From: Acidimicrobiales bacterium | Lineage (GTDB): Bacteria > Actinomycetota > Acidimicrobiia > Acidimicrobiales > DATDAH01 | DNA length: 64,000 nucleotides | Reading direction: 5' to 3' | NCBI GenBank assembly: GCA_044221555.1 | Contig: JBGAOY010000002.1 | Location: 70,376-134,375 of the forward strand | Part shown: positions 55,423 to 63,958 of the stretch, piece after piece | Layout of the letters: every line of letters starts with the position of its first letter | Numbering within the stretch: position 1 is the first letter of the stretch | Made by a program: the position numbers and the translations under genes | Notes under the pieces: model-generated | Databases searched by the model: none | What the model was told of the DNA's origin: nothing | Seen by the model: the letters and a program-made list of their open reading frames with translations, nothing else

Positions 55423-56289
55423 TCAAGGATGACGGAACCCGCCGTCGGGCGCAATGGTGAAGCCCCGGGGGATCGTCGCGAGCTCGCGCACGAGGGCCAC
55501 GGCCTCACCGGCGGTGGCCGGCAACTGCTCCACCCAGACCGCGTCCTGGGGGCACTCGGCCCTCAGGACGGCCACGTCGTCGGCCAGGGAGGGCCCGCAG
55601 TCGGTCAGCACCACCATGGCGTCGGTCGGCTCGAGCAGCGCCACGGTGTCGCCCTCGGGAAAGGCGGTGCGGAGCCGGCCGGCCGCATCGATGCGCCGGG
55701 CGACGCAGGCGAAGGGTGACCGGTCGAGGCACTGCACCTGCAGGACCACCAGCACCTGCTCCCGCTCGGCCTTCCGGCCGTTGGCCGCGCACTGGTGGTA
55801 GCGCTGGCTCAGGCGCGCTTCGAGGAACGTGCCGGTCACGAGGCCGGTGATCGGGTCGGTGCATCCGGGCGCCACGATGTCCGAGTAGAAGGCCTCGGCC
55901 CACGCCGTGCCGGCAACCGATGCGGCGTCGAGGGTGTCCACCCGCCCGAGGGCGGTGTCGCCCGGCTCGGGGGCGCCCGCCGGGACGAGCTCCGCAAGGA
56001 CGCCCAGGTCGGCGAGCAACTCGTCGAGTGAGAGGCCGGCGCCGGCCCGTGCCTGCCCGAGCCGCTCCAGGGCCGGCTCGAGGTCGACGCCGGCGGCGAT
56101 GGCGTCGACGAGGTCACACGTGGCGGGGTGGTACCACTGCTGGCGGCTGAGGCCGAGCCGCATGCGGCTCGTCGCGCCCCAGCGGTCGTGCAGGTCGTCG
56201 AAGGTTGCCGCGTCGGTGGGCTCGCCGAGGTCGAGCAGGATGCCCTGGTCGCGCTGCTCGGTGGGCTGGGTGTGATGGGTGATCGCCAT
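55423..56289 (-). CDS. degenerate GGDEF-like protein, paralog 2 (288 aa)
   Basis: The start is the ATG at 56289, with AGGAGG 8 nt upstream. It has 'CTDPITGLVTGTFLEARLSQRY' and 'AFPEGDTVALLEP'. Its stop lies 33 nt upstream of the sigma gene start. Confidence 0.6.
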   Translation of the reverse strand: MAITHHTQPTEQRDQGILLDLGEPTDAATFDDLHDRWGATSRMRLGLSRQQWYHPATCDLVDAIAAGVDLEPALERLGQARAGAGLSLDELLADLGVLAELVPAGAPEPGDTALGRVDTLDAASVAGTAWAEAFYSDIVAPGCTDPITGLVTGTFLEARLSQRYHQCAANGRKAEREQVLVVLQVQCLDRSPFACVARRIDAAGRLRTAFPEGDTVALLEPTDAMVVLTDCGPSLADDVAVLRAECPQDAVWVEQLPATAGEAVALVRELATIPRGFTIAPDGGFRHP

Positions 56290-56412
56290 GCCGTCTGCCT
56301 CCTGTGAACGGTTCTGGAGGCTGGGAGCCACGGCACCCACGATCGTCACGCCACTTCCGCGGAAAAATCTCCCTCGGCTGCGACCGCTCCCCGTCGGATG
56401 CTTCTGGGTGGG

Positions 56413-56979
56413 TCAGGTGGGCGCGGCCTCGAGGCCGGCGGTGATCGACACGGCCAGGTCGCGCGCCAGGTCGGCCGGTCGGTCGGCCGGCGGGTTGACC
56501 ACCCAGCTCACGATGAGCCGCGTGACGCTGTCGGCCGCCCGCCGGGCCTTGGCCTTGGTGACCCGCGGGCATCGGGCCAGCAAGAGGTCGGCGACCGCTG
56601 GGGTGGCCGCCGACAGCACCGGCGCCTGGTCGGACATCAGGAACGGCAGCACCCGCTCGGGCTCGGTCTCGAGCAGTCGCCCCAACAGCGCGTGCTCACG
56701 GGCGGCCACGAGCGTGGCCAGGATGGCCGCCTCGAGCGCCTCGCGGGCCGACTGGTGGGTGCTCCCTGCCGAGGTGACCACGGCGAGCAGGGCCTCCTCC
56801 TCCCGGAGGATGACCGCGGCGACCACGTCGTCCTTGGTGCGGAAGTAGCGGTACAGGGTCTGCCGCGACAGCCCGGCCCGGCGGGCGACGTCCTCCAGCG
56901 ACAGGCGGGCGATGCCGAACACCGCGATGGCTTCGAACGCCGCGTCCAGGATCCGGCCTCGAGTGTCCGCCGCAGGCAT
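56413..56979 (-). CDS. TetR-family regulator (first of tandem pair)
   Basis: 'RGRILDAAFEAIAVFGIARLSLEDVARRAGLSRQTLYRYFRTKDD' is a TetR HTH. The ATG at 56979 is preferred over the TTG at 56988. Confidence 0.85.
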   Translation of the reverse strand: MPAADTRGRILDAAFEAIAVFGIARLSLEDVARRAGLSRQTLYRYFRTKDDVVAAVILREEEALLAVVTSAGSTHQSAREALEAAILATLVAAREHALLGRLLETEPERVLPFLMSDQAPVLSAATPAVADLLLARCPRVTKAKARRAADSVTRLIVSWVVNPPADRPADLARDLAVSITAGLEAAPT

Positions 56980-57011
56980 CGACGTCAACGTACCCGAGGG
57001 CCGACCCGGAG

Positions 57012-57587
57012 TCAGGCTCGCGGCGCCACGGACTCGGACACGACCCCGCTGAACACGAGGCGGACGAACCAGTCGGCGAACGCGTCCGGTGACTCCTCGA
57101 AGGGGTCGAGCACGTAGCTGATGATCAGCCGGCTCAACACGTCGGCGGTGCGGCGCAGGTCGTCCTCGGCCATCCCGGGCACGAGGTGGCGCAGCAGTCC
57201 GGCCAGGTGGCGGTCGGTGGACGGTCCGGGCAGCGACCCCACCGTGAGGTAGGGGATGAGGGTCTCGGGCTCGGTCTCGAGCAGCCGTTCGATCAGGGGA
57301 TGGGTCCGCACCCCGTCGAGCGTGGCGACGATCGCGGCGCGCAACGCGTCGCGGGGCTCCCGGGCGTCGCGGGTGGCGTCGCGGATCCGCTCGCGGAACC
57401 GGCGCTCCTCCCGATCGACGACCGCGTCGAGCAGGTCGACCTTCGAGGGGAAGTACCGGTACAGGGTCTGGCGCGACAGGTGGGCGCGCTTGGCCACGTC
57501 GGCCAACGACAGCCGGGTGATCCCGTACACGGCCACGGCGTCGTAGGCCGCGTCCACGATCTGACGGTGTGTGCCCTTCTCGTCCAT
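57012..57587 (-). CDS. TetR-family regulator (second of tandem pair, paralog of 56413-56979)
   Basis: 'HRQIVDAAYDAVAVYGITRLSLADVAKRAHLSRQTLYRYFPSKVD' is a TetR HTH. The gene is divergent from the mce operon. Confidence 0.85.
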   Translation of the reverse strand: MDEKGTHRQIVDAAYDAVAVYGITRLSLADVAKRAHLSRQTLYRYFPSKVDLLDAVVDREERRFRERIRDATRDAREPRDALRAAIVATLDGVRTHPLIERLLETEPETLIPYLTVGSLPGPSTDRHLAGLLRHLVPGMAEDDLRRTADVLSRLIISYVLDPFEESPDAFADWFVRLVFSGVVSESVAPRA

Positions 57588-57598
57588 CTGGAAAGATG

Positions 57599-57623
57599 TT
57601 ACACTATCTGTAAACCTGTTACA
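57599..57623. promoter_or_regulatory. putative TetR operator: three alternating half-sites TTACA-N5-TGTAA-N5-TTACA in the only AT-rich patch of the tetR/mce intergenic region
   Basis: The half-sites are at 57599-57603, 57609-57613 and 57619-57623. Together they form two overlapping palindromes, including CTGTAAacctgTTACAG. A TACAGT (TANNNT) -10-like hexamer lies at 57620-57625. Confidence 0.5.
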
Positions 57624-57680
57624 GTACGTTCGTCGGGCGGGACACCAGGACCGGGCAGGGGCTCGGCGGGGAAGGGGACC

Positions 57681-58583
57681 ATGTCAGTGCTCACCAGGAA
57701 CAGCAACAGGGTGGCGATGCCGGAGTCGCCGCCCGCGCCCGAGGGCGTGATCTCCTTACGGGGGGTGACGAAGTCGTTCGGCTCGCACACCGTGCTCGAG
57801 GACATCAGCTTCGACGTCCCCAAGGGGGAGATCAGCGCCATCATGGGCCCGTCGGGGACGGGCAAGTCGGTGCTGTTGAAGAACATCATCGGGCTGCTGC
57901 GGCCCGAGCGGGGCGAGATCTTCGTCGACGGCGAGCAGATCGTGGGCATGCGCGAGAAGGACCTGATGCGGGTCCGGCGCAAGATGGGCGTGCTGTTCCA
58001 GGACGGCGCGCTGTTCGGGTCGCTGAACCTGTTCGACAACATCGCGTTCCCGCTCCGTGAGCACACCCGCAAGACCGAGAAGGACATCCGCGACATCACG
58101 TTGGCCAAGGCCAGCCTGGTCGGGCTGCTCGACCACCTGAAGAAGTTCCCGGGCGAGGTGTCGGGTGGCATGAAGAAGCGGGCCGGGCTGGCGCGGGCGC
58201 TGTCGATGGACCCCGAGATCGTCCTGTTCGACGAGCCCGACTCGGGCCTCGATCCCGTCCGGGTGAGCTACCTCGACGAGTTGGTGAAGAAGACCCAGGA
58301 GGAGACGGGCGCCACCTTCTTCATCATCACCCACAACATCCCCTCGGCCATGCGCACGGCCGACCACATCGGCGTGCTCTTCCGCTCGGGCCTGGTCCGG
58401 TTCGCCCCCAAGCAGGAGATGGTGGACAGCGAGGACCCGATCATCCAGCAGTTCCTGGCCGGACGGGCCTTCGGCCCCATCGGGATGGACGAGTTGGCCA
58501 CGGAGGAGACCGACGTGGAGAAGGAGCTGGTCGCCCGGGCGCAGGCCCGCTCCGCCGCCGGCACGGAGCACCTCCCGGTCTGA
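57681..58583 (+). CDS. mceG: Mce-system ABC ATPase (MceG/Mkl, MlaF-like)
   Basis: It has Walker A 'GPSGTGKS', signature 'VSGGMKKRAGLARAL' and Walker B 'VLFDEPDSGLDP'. It sits first in the yrbE/mce operon. Confidence 0.85.
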   Translation: MSVLTRNSNRVAMPESPPAPEGVISLRGVTKSFGSHTVLEDISFDVPKGEISAIMGPSGTGKSVLLKNIIGLLRPERGEIFVDGEQIVGMREKDLMRVRRKMGVLFQDGALFGSLNLFDNIAFPLREHTRKTEKDIRDITLAKASLVGLLDHLKKFPGEVSGGMKKRAGLARALSMDPEIVLFDEPDSGLDPVRVSYLDELVKKTQEETGATFFIITHNIPSAMRTADHIGVLFRSGLVRFAPKQEMVDSEDPIIQQFLAGRAFGPIGMDELATEETDVEKELVARAQARSAAGTEHLPV

Positions 58584-59374
58584 TGGCCACCACCACGATC
58601 CCCCTCGCCGGCAAGGTGGAGTCGCTCCTTCGCGAGACCGGCACCATGGCATCGGTCGGCCTCGAAGCCACCCGCAAGGTGTTCAGCCGGCCGTGGCCGC
58701 TGGCCGAGTTCCTGGACCAGCTGTGGTTCCTGGCCAAGGTCACCACCATCCCGGTCATCTTGATCTCCATCCCCTTCGGGATGGTCATCTCGTTGCAGGT
58801 GGGGTCGCTCATCCGCCAACTGGGCGCCGAGGCCCACCTGGGCTCGGCCCTCGTGCTGGCGGTCGTGCGCGAGCAGGCCCCCATCGCGACGGCCCTGATG
58901 ATCGCCGGTGCCGGGGGCTCGGCCATGTGCGCCGACCTGGGGGCCCGCCGCATCCGTGACGAGATCTCGGCGATGGAGGTGATGGGCGTGAACCCCATCC
59001 AGCGCCTGGTGATGCCCCGGATCCTCGCCGCCACGGTGCTCGCGGTGCTGCTGGACGCGGTGGTGAGCGCCGCGGGGATCGCCGGTGGCTGGTTCTTCGC
59101 GGTGCGGGTGAACGGGGTGAGCTCGAGCAGCTTCTTCGCCTCCTTCAACGAGCTGAGCCAGTTGGCCGACCTGTGGATGGCCCTGGTGAAGGCGGCGTGC
59201 TTCGGGTTCATCGCCGGCACGGTGGCCTGTTACAAGGGGCTCTACGCGAAGGGCGGGCCCAAGGGCGTGGGCGACGCGGTGAACCAGGCCGTGGTGATCA
59301 CCTTCGTCCTGTTGTTCTTCGTGAACTTCGTGCTCACGGTCGTCTACTTCAACTTCGTCCCCCAGAAGGTGTGA
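58583..59374 (+). CDS. yrbEA: YrbE/MlaE-family permease A
   Basis: The protein is 263 aa. It has 'REQAPIATALMIAGAGGSAMCADLGARRIRDEISAMEVMGVNP', typical of MlaE/YrbE. Its start overlaps the mceG stop (TGATG). Confidence 0.85.
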   Translation: MATTTIPLAGKVESLLRETGTMASVGLEATRKVFSRPWPLAEFLDQLWFLAKVTTIPVILISIPFGMVISLQVGSLIRQLGAEAHLGSALVLAVVREQAPIATALMIAGAGGSAMCADLGARRIRDEISAMEVMGVNPIQRLVMPRILAATVLAVLLDAVVSAAGIAGGWFFAVRVNGVSSSSFFASFNELSQLADLWMALVKAACFGFIAGTVACYKGLYAKGGPKGVGDAVNQAVVITFVLLFFVNFVLTVVYFNFVPQKV

Positions 59375-59375
59375 G

Positions 59376-60254
59376 ATGACCGAGCCCGCTGCCTCGTCGT
59401 CCTCGTCCTCGTCGTTCGCCGCCGCCGCCTTCGACCGGTTCGGCCGCCCGGTCGATGCCGCGCTCAACCCGTGGACCCAGCTGTACGACCAGTTGCGCTT
59501 CTACGCGATGATCCTGCGCCGCCTGCCCTCGGCGTTGCGCTACCGCAAGGAGATCATCACCCTGATCTCCGACATCACCATCGGCGCCGGTGCCCTGGTG
59601 GTGGGCGGGGGGATGTTCTTCGTCATCTTCTCGATGAGCTTCTTCACCGGCACCGAGGTGGGCCTCCAGGGGTTCAAGGGCCTCCAGCAGATCGGGGCCG
59701 AGGCGTTCACGGGCGTGGTGTCGTCGGTGGCCAACACCCGCGAGATCACACCGCTCATCGCCGGTGTGGCCCTCGCCGCCCAGGTCGGCGCGGGCTTCAC
59801 CGCGCAGCTCGGCGCCATGCGCATCTCCGACGAGGTCGACGCCCTCGAGGTGATGGGCGTGGACAGCGTGGTGTACCTGGTGTGCACCCGGGTGTGGGCC
59901 GCCCTGATCACGATGGTGCCCCTCTACCTGGCGGCGCTCTTCGCCAGCTTCCTGGCCACGGAGCTGGTGGTGACCCGGTTCTTCACGCTGTCGCCGGGCG
60001 TGTACCGCCACTACTTCAACCTCTTCCTGCCGCCGATCGACATCCTCTGCTCGTTCGCCAAGGCCATGTTGTTCGCGGTGGTGGTCACCCTCGTCCACTG
60101 CTTCTACGGGTACTACGCCACGGGGGGCCCGGCCGGTGTGGGTCAGGCCGCCGGCCGCGCCATCCGGGTGTCGATCATCGCCGTGGTGGTGCTGAACCTG
60201 ATCCTGTCGCTCGTGTTCTGGGGTGGGAGCGACACCGCGAGGATCGTGGGGTGA
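59376..60254 (+). CDS. yrbEB: YrbE/MlaE-family permease B
   Basis: The protein is 292 aa. It has 'REITPLIAGVALAAQVGAGFTAQLGAMRISDEVDALEVMGVDS'. Confidence 0.85.
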   Translation: MTEPAASSSSSSSFAAAAFDRFGRPVDAALNPWTQLYDQLRFYAMILRRLPSALRYRKEIITLISDITIGAGALVVGGGMFFVIFSMSFFTGTEVGLQGFKGLQQIGAEAFTGVVSSVANTREITPLIAGVALAAQVGAGFTAQLGAMRISDEVDALEVMGVDSVVYLVCTRVWAALITMVPLYLAALFASFLATELVVTRFFTLSPGVYRHYFNLFLPPIDILCSFAKAMLFAVVVTLVHCFYGYYATGGPAGVGQAAGRAIRVSIIAVVVLNLILSLVFWGGSDTARIVG

Positions 60255-60258
60255 GCGC

Positions 60259-61551
60259 GTGAGAGGGGGTCGCACCGGGCGCGGTGAGGCGGCCCGCGGC
60301 TCGCGTGCGCTCGCCGCGCTGGCCATGACCGCCGCGTTCGCGCTGATCGTCACCACCGCGGTGCGGTGGGCCTACGGCGCCTACGACAGCGGCTACCAAC
60401 TGGTCGGCACCTTCGAGCACGCCGGACAGGGCCTGATCCCCGGCTCGGACGTGAAGTACCGCGGTGTCGACGTGGGCGAGGTGGACTCGATCCGGCTGGT
60501 CGATCGGCGGGCGGAGATCCGCTTCACCATCCATCCGGGGTTCCGGGTGCCCGAGGGCGCCCGGATCGTGGTGCGGCCCAAGACCATCTTCGGCGAGAAG
60601 TACCTCGATCTCACGTTCCCCGACGGCCCGGCCGGCCCCTACCTGCAGGACGGCGACGAGGTGACCCACACGGGGGCCGCCACCGAGGTGGAGGACCTGT
60701 TCGCGTCGGCGCAGCCCCTGCTGGACGCGATCGACGAGCAGGAGCTGGCCGAGCTGGTGGCGTCGGCGGCCCGCACGGCCAACGGCCTCGGCGACGACAT
60801 CGCCCGGGGATGGGAGAGCGGGGCGGCCACCACTGCGCTGTTGAACGACACGCTCGAGGCGCAGCTGACCGCGCTGGCCTCGGCTGCCGACTTCCAGGAG
60901 GCCGTGCGCACCGTGGGCGGTGACCTCAACACCATCTCGGCCAACAACAACCTGGCCCTGCCCGAGTTCAACCGGGCGCGCGCCGACTTCGAGCGGGCGC
61001 TGGTGTCGCTGCAGGGCTTCGGCGACCACTTCGCCGACCTGATCGAGGGCACGCGACCGGATCTGGACCGGATCTTCACGTCGGGCGACAACGTGATGCG
61101 GGTGCTCATCAGCCACCACGACGAGGTGGCTCAGGTGGTCGACGGCCTGGCCAACTACGTCAGCGCCTTCGGGGGCGGGCTGAGTGCCGAGCGACTGCCC
61201 GACGGGTCGGGCTTCGCCTACTTCAAGAACTTCGTCTACGTGGACCAGATCCAGGACGTGCTGTGCAGCGCCCTGGCCGAGACGCCGGCCCAGTTCAGCG
61301 CGTTCCGCGACGCGGTCCTGTCGCTGGGCGGGCCCATCGACTGCTCGGGGTACTTCTCGCCGTCGGGCACGCCGCTGCCCCCGGTGATCCCCGAGGGTCA
61401 GCGGCCCGCGGCCGCCCAGCAACTGTCCGACAGCCTCTACGGGCTGGTCGGTGTCCCCGACCAGAGCGTGCCCGCCCCGGTCGATGTGCTGGTCGACCGG
61501 GTGCTGACCGCGGCCGGGCTCCCCACCCACGACGGGGGGGCGGGGCGATGA
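60259..61551 (+). CDS. mceA: MCE-family substrate-binding protein (first)
   Basis: It has an N-terminal TM and the MCE domain 'YQLVGTFEHAGQGLIPGSDVKYRGVDVGEVDSIRL', followed by a long helical region. I chose the GTG at 60259, just after the yrbEB stop. Confidence 0.8.
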   Translation: MRGGRTGRGEAARGSRALAALAMTAAFALIVTTAVRWAYGAYDSGYQLVGTFEHAGQGLIPGSDVKYRGVDVGEVDSIRLVDRRAEIRFTIHPGFRVPEGARIVVRPKTIFGEKYLDLTFPDGPAGPYLQDGDEVTHTGAATEVEDLFASAQPLLDAIDEQELAELVASAARTANGLGDDIARGWESGAATTALLNDTLEAQLTALASAADFQEAVRTVGGDLNTISANNNLALPEFNRARADFERALVSLQGFGDHFADLIEGTRPDLDRIFTSGDNVMRVLISHHDEVAQVVDGLANYVSAFGGGLSAERLPDGSGFAYFKNFVYVDQIQDVLCSALAETPAQFSAFRDAVLSLGGPIDCSGYFSPSGTPLPPVIPEGQRPAAAQQLSDSLYGLVGVPDQSVPAPVDVLVDRVLTAAGLPTHDGGAGR

Positions 61552-62732
61552 GGCTGCTCGGACGGCTGAAGCGGGCGCTGGCCGCGGAAGGGCGGGTGCT
61601 GGTCAAGCTGGGCATCTACACGCTGGGCTGCCTGGTCGTGCTGGGCTGGCTGGTCTCGCAGGTCGGCAACGTGACGTGGTTCGCCGACCGGTCCGAGTAC
61701 CGGGCCGAGTTGAACGACGTCACGGGCCTGGTGGTGAACGACGAGGTGAAGATCGCGGGCGTGGAGGTCGGGAAGGTCACCGGCATCTCCACCGACCACG
61801 GCCATGCGGTGGTGACGTTCACGATCGACTCCGACGTGGTGCTGCGGGACACCACCCAGGTGGGGGTGCGGTGGCGCAACGTGCTGGGCCAGAAGTACCT
61901 GTACCTCTACCCGGCCGACGGCGGCGACGTCCTGGCCGCCGGGAGCACCCTGCCCCTCGACCAGGCCGTCGACTCGGCCGACGTGGGCGACTTCCTGAAC
62001 GCGGTGGGCCCGGTGCTCCAGGCCATCGACCCCGCCGACGCCAACGCCTTCGTGCAGGCCCTGAACGAAGGCCTCCAGGGCAACGAGGCCCGCGTCCGCC
62101 GACTGCTGAGCGACACCGCCGGCGTGTCGGACACCTTGGGGGGCCTCGACACCGAGGTGGGCAGCATCATCACCAACCTCGACGACGTGGTCGGCGCCCT
62201 CGCCGAGCGCGACCAGGCCGTGGACGCCACCTTGCGCAACCTGTCGTCGCTGAGCGACGACCTGGCCGCCCGCAACGACTCGCTGCAGTCGGTGGTGACC
62301 GACTTCTCGCACGTCTCCGAGCAGCTGAACACCCTGCTGGAGGACAAGCGGGGTGACCTCGACGCGACCATCGCCGACCTCGAGACCATCCTCGGCGTGC
62401 TCGACCAGAACCGGGCCGGGCTCGAGGACACCCTGGCCACCCTGCCCGAGGGCGTGGCGCCCTACCACCTGATCTCGGCCTACGGGCAGTGGTTCCAGGT
62501 GCGGGCCACCATCGCCTGCCTGGCCAACCAGACGACCTGCGCCAAGGAGGACCCGTTCAGCGGGACGTCGGCGCCCGTGGGTGAGACGGGGTCGTCGGGC
62601 GCGCCGTCGCTCGCGATGATCGTCGGGTTCGCCAACTCGGGCGGCTCGCAGCCCACGGCCGGGCTGCCGGGGAGCGGCGGTGGGCTGCCGCCGGTGGCGG
62701 CCACCGCCGCCAGCACGGGGGTGGGCGGATGA
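61548..62732 (+). CDS. mceB: MCE-family substrate-binding protein (second)
   Basis: The ATG at 61548 overlaps the upstream stop (ATGA). The MCE domain is 'YRAELNDVTGLVVNDEVKIAGVEVGKVTGIS'. Confidence 0.8.
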   Translation: MRLLGRLKRALAAEGRVLVKLGIYTLGCLVVLGWLVSQVGNVTWFADRSEYRAELNDVTGLVVNDEVKIAGVEVGKVTGISTDHGHAVVTFTIDSDVVLRDTTQVGVRWRNVLGQKYLYLYPADGGDVLAAGSTLPLDQAVDSADVGDFLNAVGPVLQAIDPADANAFVQALNEGLQGNEARVRRLLSDTAGVSDTLGGLDTEVGSIITNLDDVVGALAERDQAVDATLRNLSSLSDDLAARNDSLQSVVTDFSHVSEQLNTLLEDKRGDLDATIADLETILGVLDQNRAGLEDTLATLPEGVAPYHLISAYGQWFQVRATIACLANQTTCAKEDPFSGTSAPVGETGSSGAPSLAMIVGFANSGGSQPTAGLPGSGGGLPPVAATAASTGVGG

Positions 62733-63958
62733 AGTCGTTCACCGAGCGCAACCCGATCGTGATCGGGATCGTGGTCATCGCCCTCATCGCCGCCGCGGTG
62801 ACGGGTGCGCTGGTGCTGAACGCCGGCGTGTTCAAGGGCCGCTACACGGTGAGTGCCCGGTTCACCGACGCCGCCGGCCTGCGCCCCGGCGACCGTGTGC
62901 GGGTGGCCGGTGTGCCGTCCGGTGAGGTGGCGTCGGTGCACGAGGAGGACGGTCAGGTCGAGGTGACCATGCGGGTGGACGACAGCGTCGAGCTCTCGGG
63001 GGACACCCGGGCCGCCGTGGTCGTGGAGACGGTGCTGGGCACCAAGACGGTGAAGCTGGAGACGGGCGACGACTGGGACCACCCCCTCGGCGACGGCGAC
63101 GTGATCACCGAGACCGAGACCCCGGTCGAGGTGCTCGACCTGCAGAACATCGGCACCCGGCTGTTCACCGAGAGCGACGGGGCCGCGTTCGACGACCTGA
63201 TCGACAGCCTGAACCAGATCACCGAGGACAAGCGCTCCGATGTCCGCCACATCGTGCGGGGCGTGAACCGGCTGACCACCGCGCTGAACAGCCGCGACCA
63301 GGAAGCCCGCGACCTGTTCGACTCGGCCGAGACCCTCACCCGCACACTGGCCGACCGCGACGACGACCTGGCCGGTGCGGTGGACGACCTCAACGTGGTG
63401 ATCGGCGACCTGGCCGACCGGCGCCAGGAGCTCGAGACCCTGCTGGAGCAGACCTCGGAGGCCGCCGGTCGCCTGGCCGACCTCGTCGGCGACAACCGGC
63501 CCCAGCTCGACGCCGTGCTGGCCGACCTGCACACGACGTTGGAGGTCATCGGCCGGCACCAGGTGGACCTGGCCGCCGGTGTCGGCTACCTGGGCGCCGC
63601 GCTCGAAGGGTTCTCGTCCATCGGGTACTCGGGCCCGGGCAACACCCCCAACGAGTGGGGCAACATCTTCACCCAGCTGATCGGGCCCGTCTCGCCGGAC
63701 GGCATCCTGGGCGCCTGCGGCCCGTTCGACCGGGCGCTCGATCTGGCCTTCGGCCCCGACCCGCTGCCGTGCGACCAGCGGGAGGGGCCGCTGCCGAACA
63801 CCTCCGGCTCGACCACCACCCCGCCGTCGGCGGGCGGACCGACACCCTCGATCCCCTCGACCGACCCCGCCGCCGGCGGTGGTGGATCGGGCTCGGGGGG
63901 CGCCGACCAGCTCGGCCAGCTCCTGGCGCCGCTGCTGGCCACGGGGGGTGGCTCGTGA
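62729..63958 (+). CDS. mceC: MCE-family substrate-binding protein (third)
   Basis: The ATG at 62729 overlaps the upstream stop. The MCE domain is 'YTVSARFTDAAGLRPGDRVRVAGVPSGEVASV', and the tail is Pro/Gly-rich. Confidence 0.8.
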   Translation: MKSFTERNPIVIGIVVIALIAAAVTGALVLNAGVFKGRYTVSARFTDAAGLRPGDRVRVAGVPSGEVASVHEEDGQVEVTMRVDDSVELSGDTRAAVVVETVLGTKTVKLETGDDWDHPLGDGDVITETETPVEVLDLQNIGTRLFTESDGAAFDDLIDSLNQITEDKRSDVRHIVRGVNRLTTALNSRDQEARDLFDSAETLTRTLADRDDDLAGAVDDLNVVIGDLADRRQELETLLEQTSEAAGRLADLVGDNRPQLDAVLADLHTTLEVIGRHQVDLAAGVGYLGAALEGFSSIGYSGPGNTPNEWGNIFTQLIGPVSPDGILGACGPFDRALDLAFGPDPLPCDQREGPLPNTSGSTTTPPSAGGPTPSIPSTDPAAGGGGSGSGGADQLGQLLAPLLATGGGS

